64,000 nt of DNA, taken from assembly GCF_009914755.1 (NCBI RefSeq), contig NC_060926.1; one strand, given 5' to 3'. Each line of letters begins with the position of its first letter. Within the stretch, counting starts at the first letter, position 1. Positions 63,061-64,000 of the stretch are shown here, piece by piece. The stretch is from the human T2T-CHM13v2.0 reference genome, Homo sapiens. The notes under the pieces were generated by a model. The model had not been told where the DNA came from, did not search any database, and saw only the letters and a program-made list of their open reading frames with translations. A program made the position numbers and the translations under genes.

Positions 63061-64000
63061 TATGATTAGAAAAAGAAAATTGCTTCTGATTAATATCCAT
63101 TGAGTTCAAACCATTTAGTGAAACAGTTACCCTTAAACTATCAGCTCATCTAGAACAGAGTTTTGCAAACAACATTTTGTGGGCCAGTAAAACAGATTTT
63201 TAACACCTTGCATTTTTACCTCTCTGATCCCTTCTCAGAACCACCAGCAGATTTGACAACTGTTTTCCTCCTTACTCTGTCTCTTCCTTGACTATACAGT
63301 AGAAAATAGAGAATTCAATTTATTCAACTCTTTGTAATGTATGTGGTTATTTGAATCCTGTTGTATTCATACAGAACATGAGCTTTGTTCTTATATTTTC
63401 ATATAATTGTTAATAAGTTATAAGAAGGTTTGAGGCTGTGGCATATAAACACAGCACATAAACATATATTTCTATATAACATAATCTTCCCACTTTTACT
63501 ACATATTTTTACTAGACTGTTCTGGAAAAGCTATTTGTACATATTTCTTTGTGCACACAAGTTCCTCAGCTAACGGCTTTGCTCTGTTTTTATAGAACAT
63601 GTTGTATATGGTTAAAAAATGTCTTTCACATAAGCCACATTTTTCCTGTTTTTGTTTACTTGTCTGTATTGCACCTCAATTAGCAAATCGTGCAGTCTTC
63701 TCTCCCTGTCATAATAACATAAACTATCTCCATTTTAGGCTGTTCGATGTAAAACAAAAATCCCCAAATTTCCACTAGATGGTGCTATGAGAATGCAAAC
63801 TTCTTTGGTCAGGGTATATATAAAATCCTCAGCTATTGCAGCCTGTTATTTTGGCTTGTGAAACAGGTCTGCCCCCCACTAAATTAGATGCACAGGGATG
63901 ATTTAATATTTAGTTAAGAGACGATGCAATATTTCCCACAAGTCTCTGAGGAGCCCAGGCAAAACAATGAAGAGGCATTTTTCGTCTAATCCTCATCCAT

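Overview
Primate genomic DNA, probably catarrhine (human/ape-like) because AluY-type, AluS, AluJ, THE1, MST and L1PA elements are present. The window is AT-rich, CpG-poor and mostly nested interspersed repeats: L1, Alu, L2/MIR, MaLR/ERVL/ERV1 LTRs, and Tigger and hAT DNA transposons. I found no convincing protein-coding exon, tRNA, rRNA or CpG island. The ORF track is explained by repeats or chance, and the longest ORF (41291-41779) is a Tigger-type DDE transposase relic. Repeat families were recognised by eye from remembered consensus sequences, so subfamily names and many boundaries are approximate. Five structures stand out. (1) A ~155-bp nested fold-back with 39-bp arms at 61669-61823, pre-miRNA sized. 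(2) An ~880-bp non-tandem local duplication whose second copy interrupts a Tigger15a-like element, with CCAGGT at both junctions and no poly(A). (3) A ~230-bp orphan retrocopy-like insert inside an MST LTR. (4) A twin-primed inverted L1. (5) An ERV 3' end with a relic second PPT/LTR start. I see no evidence here of a new multi-gene system.
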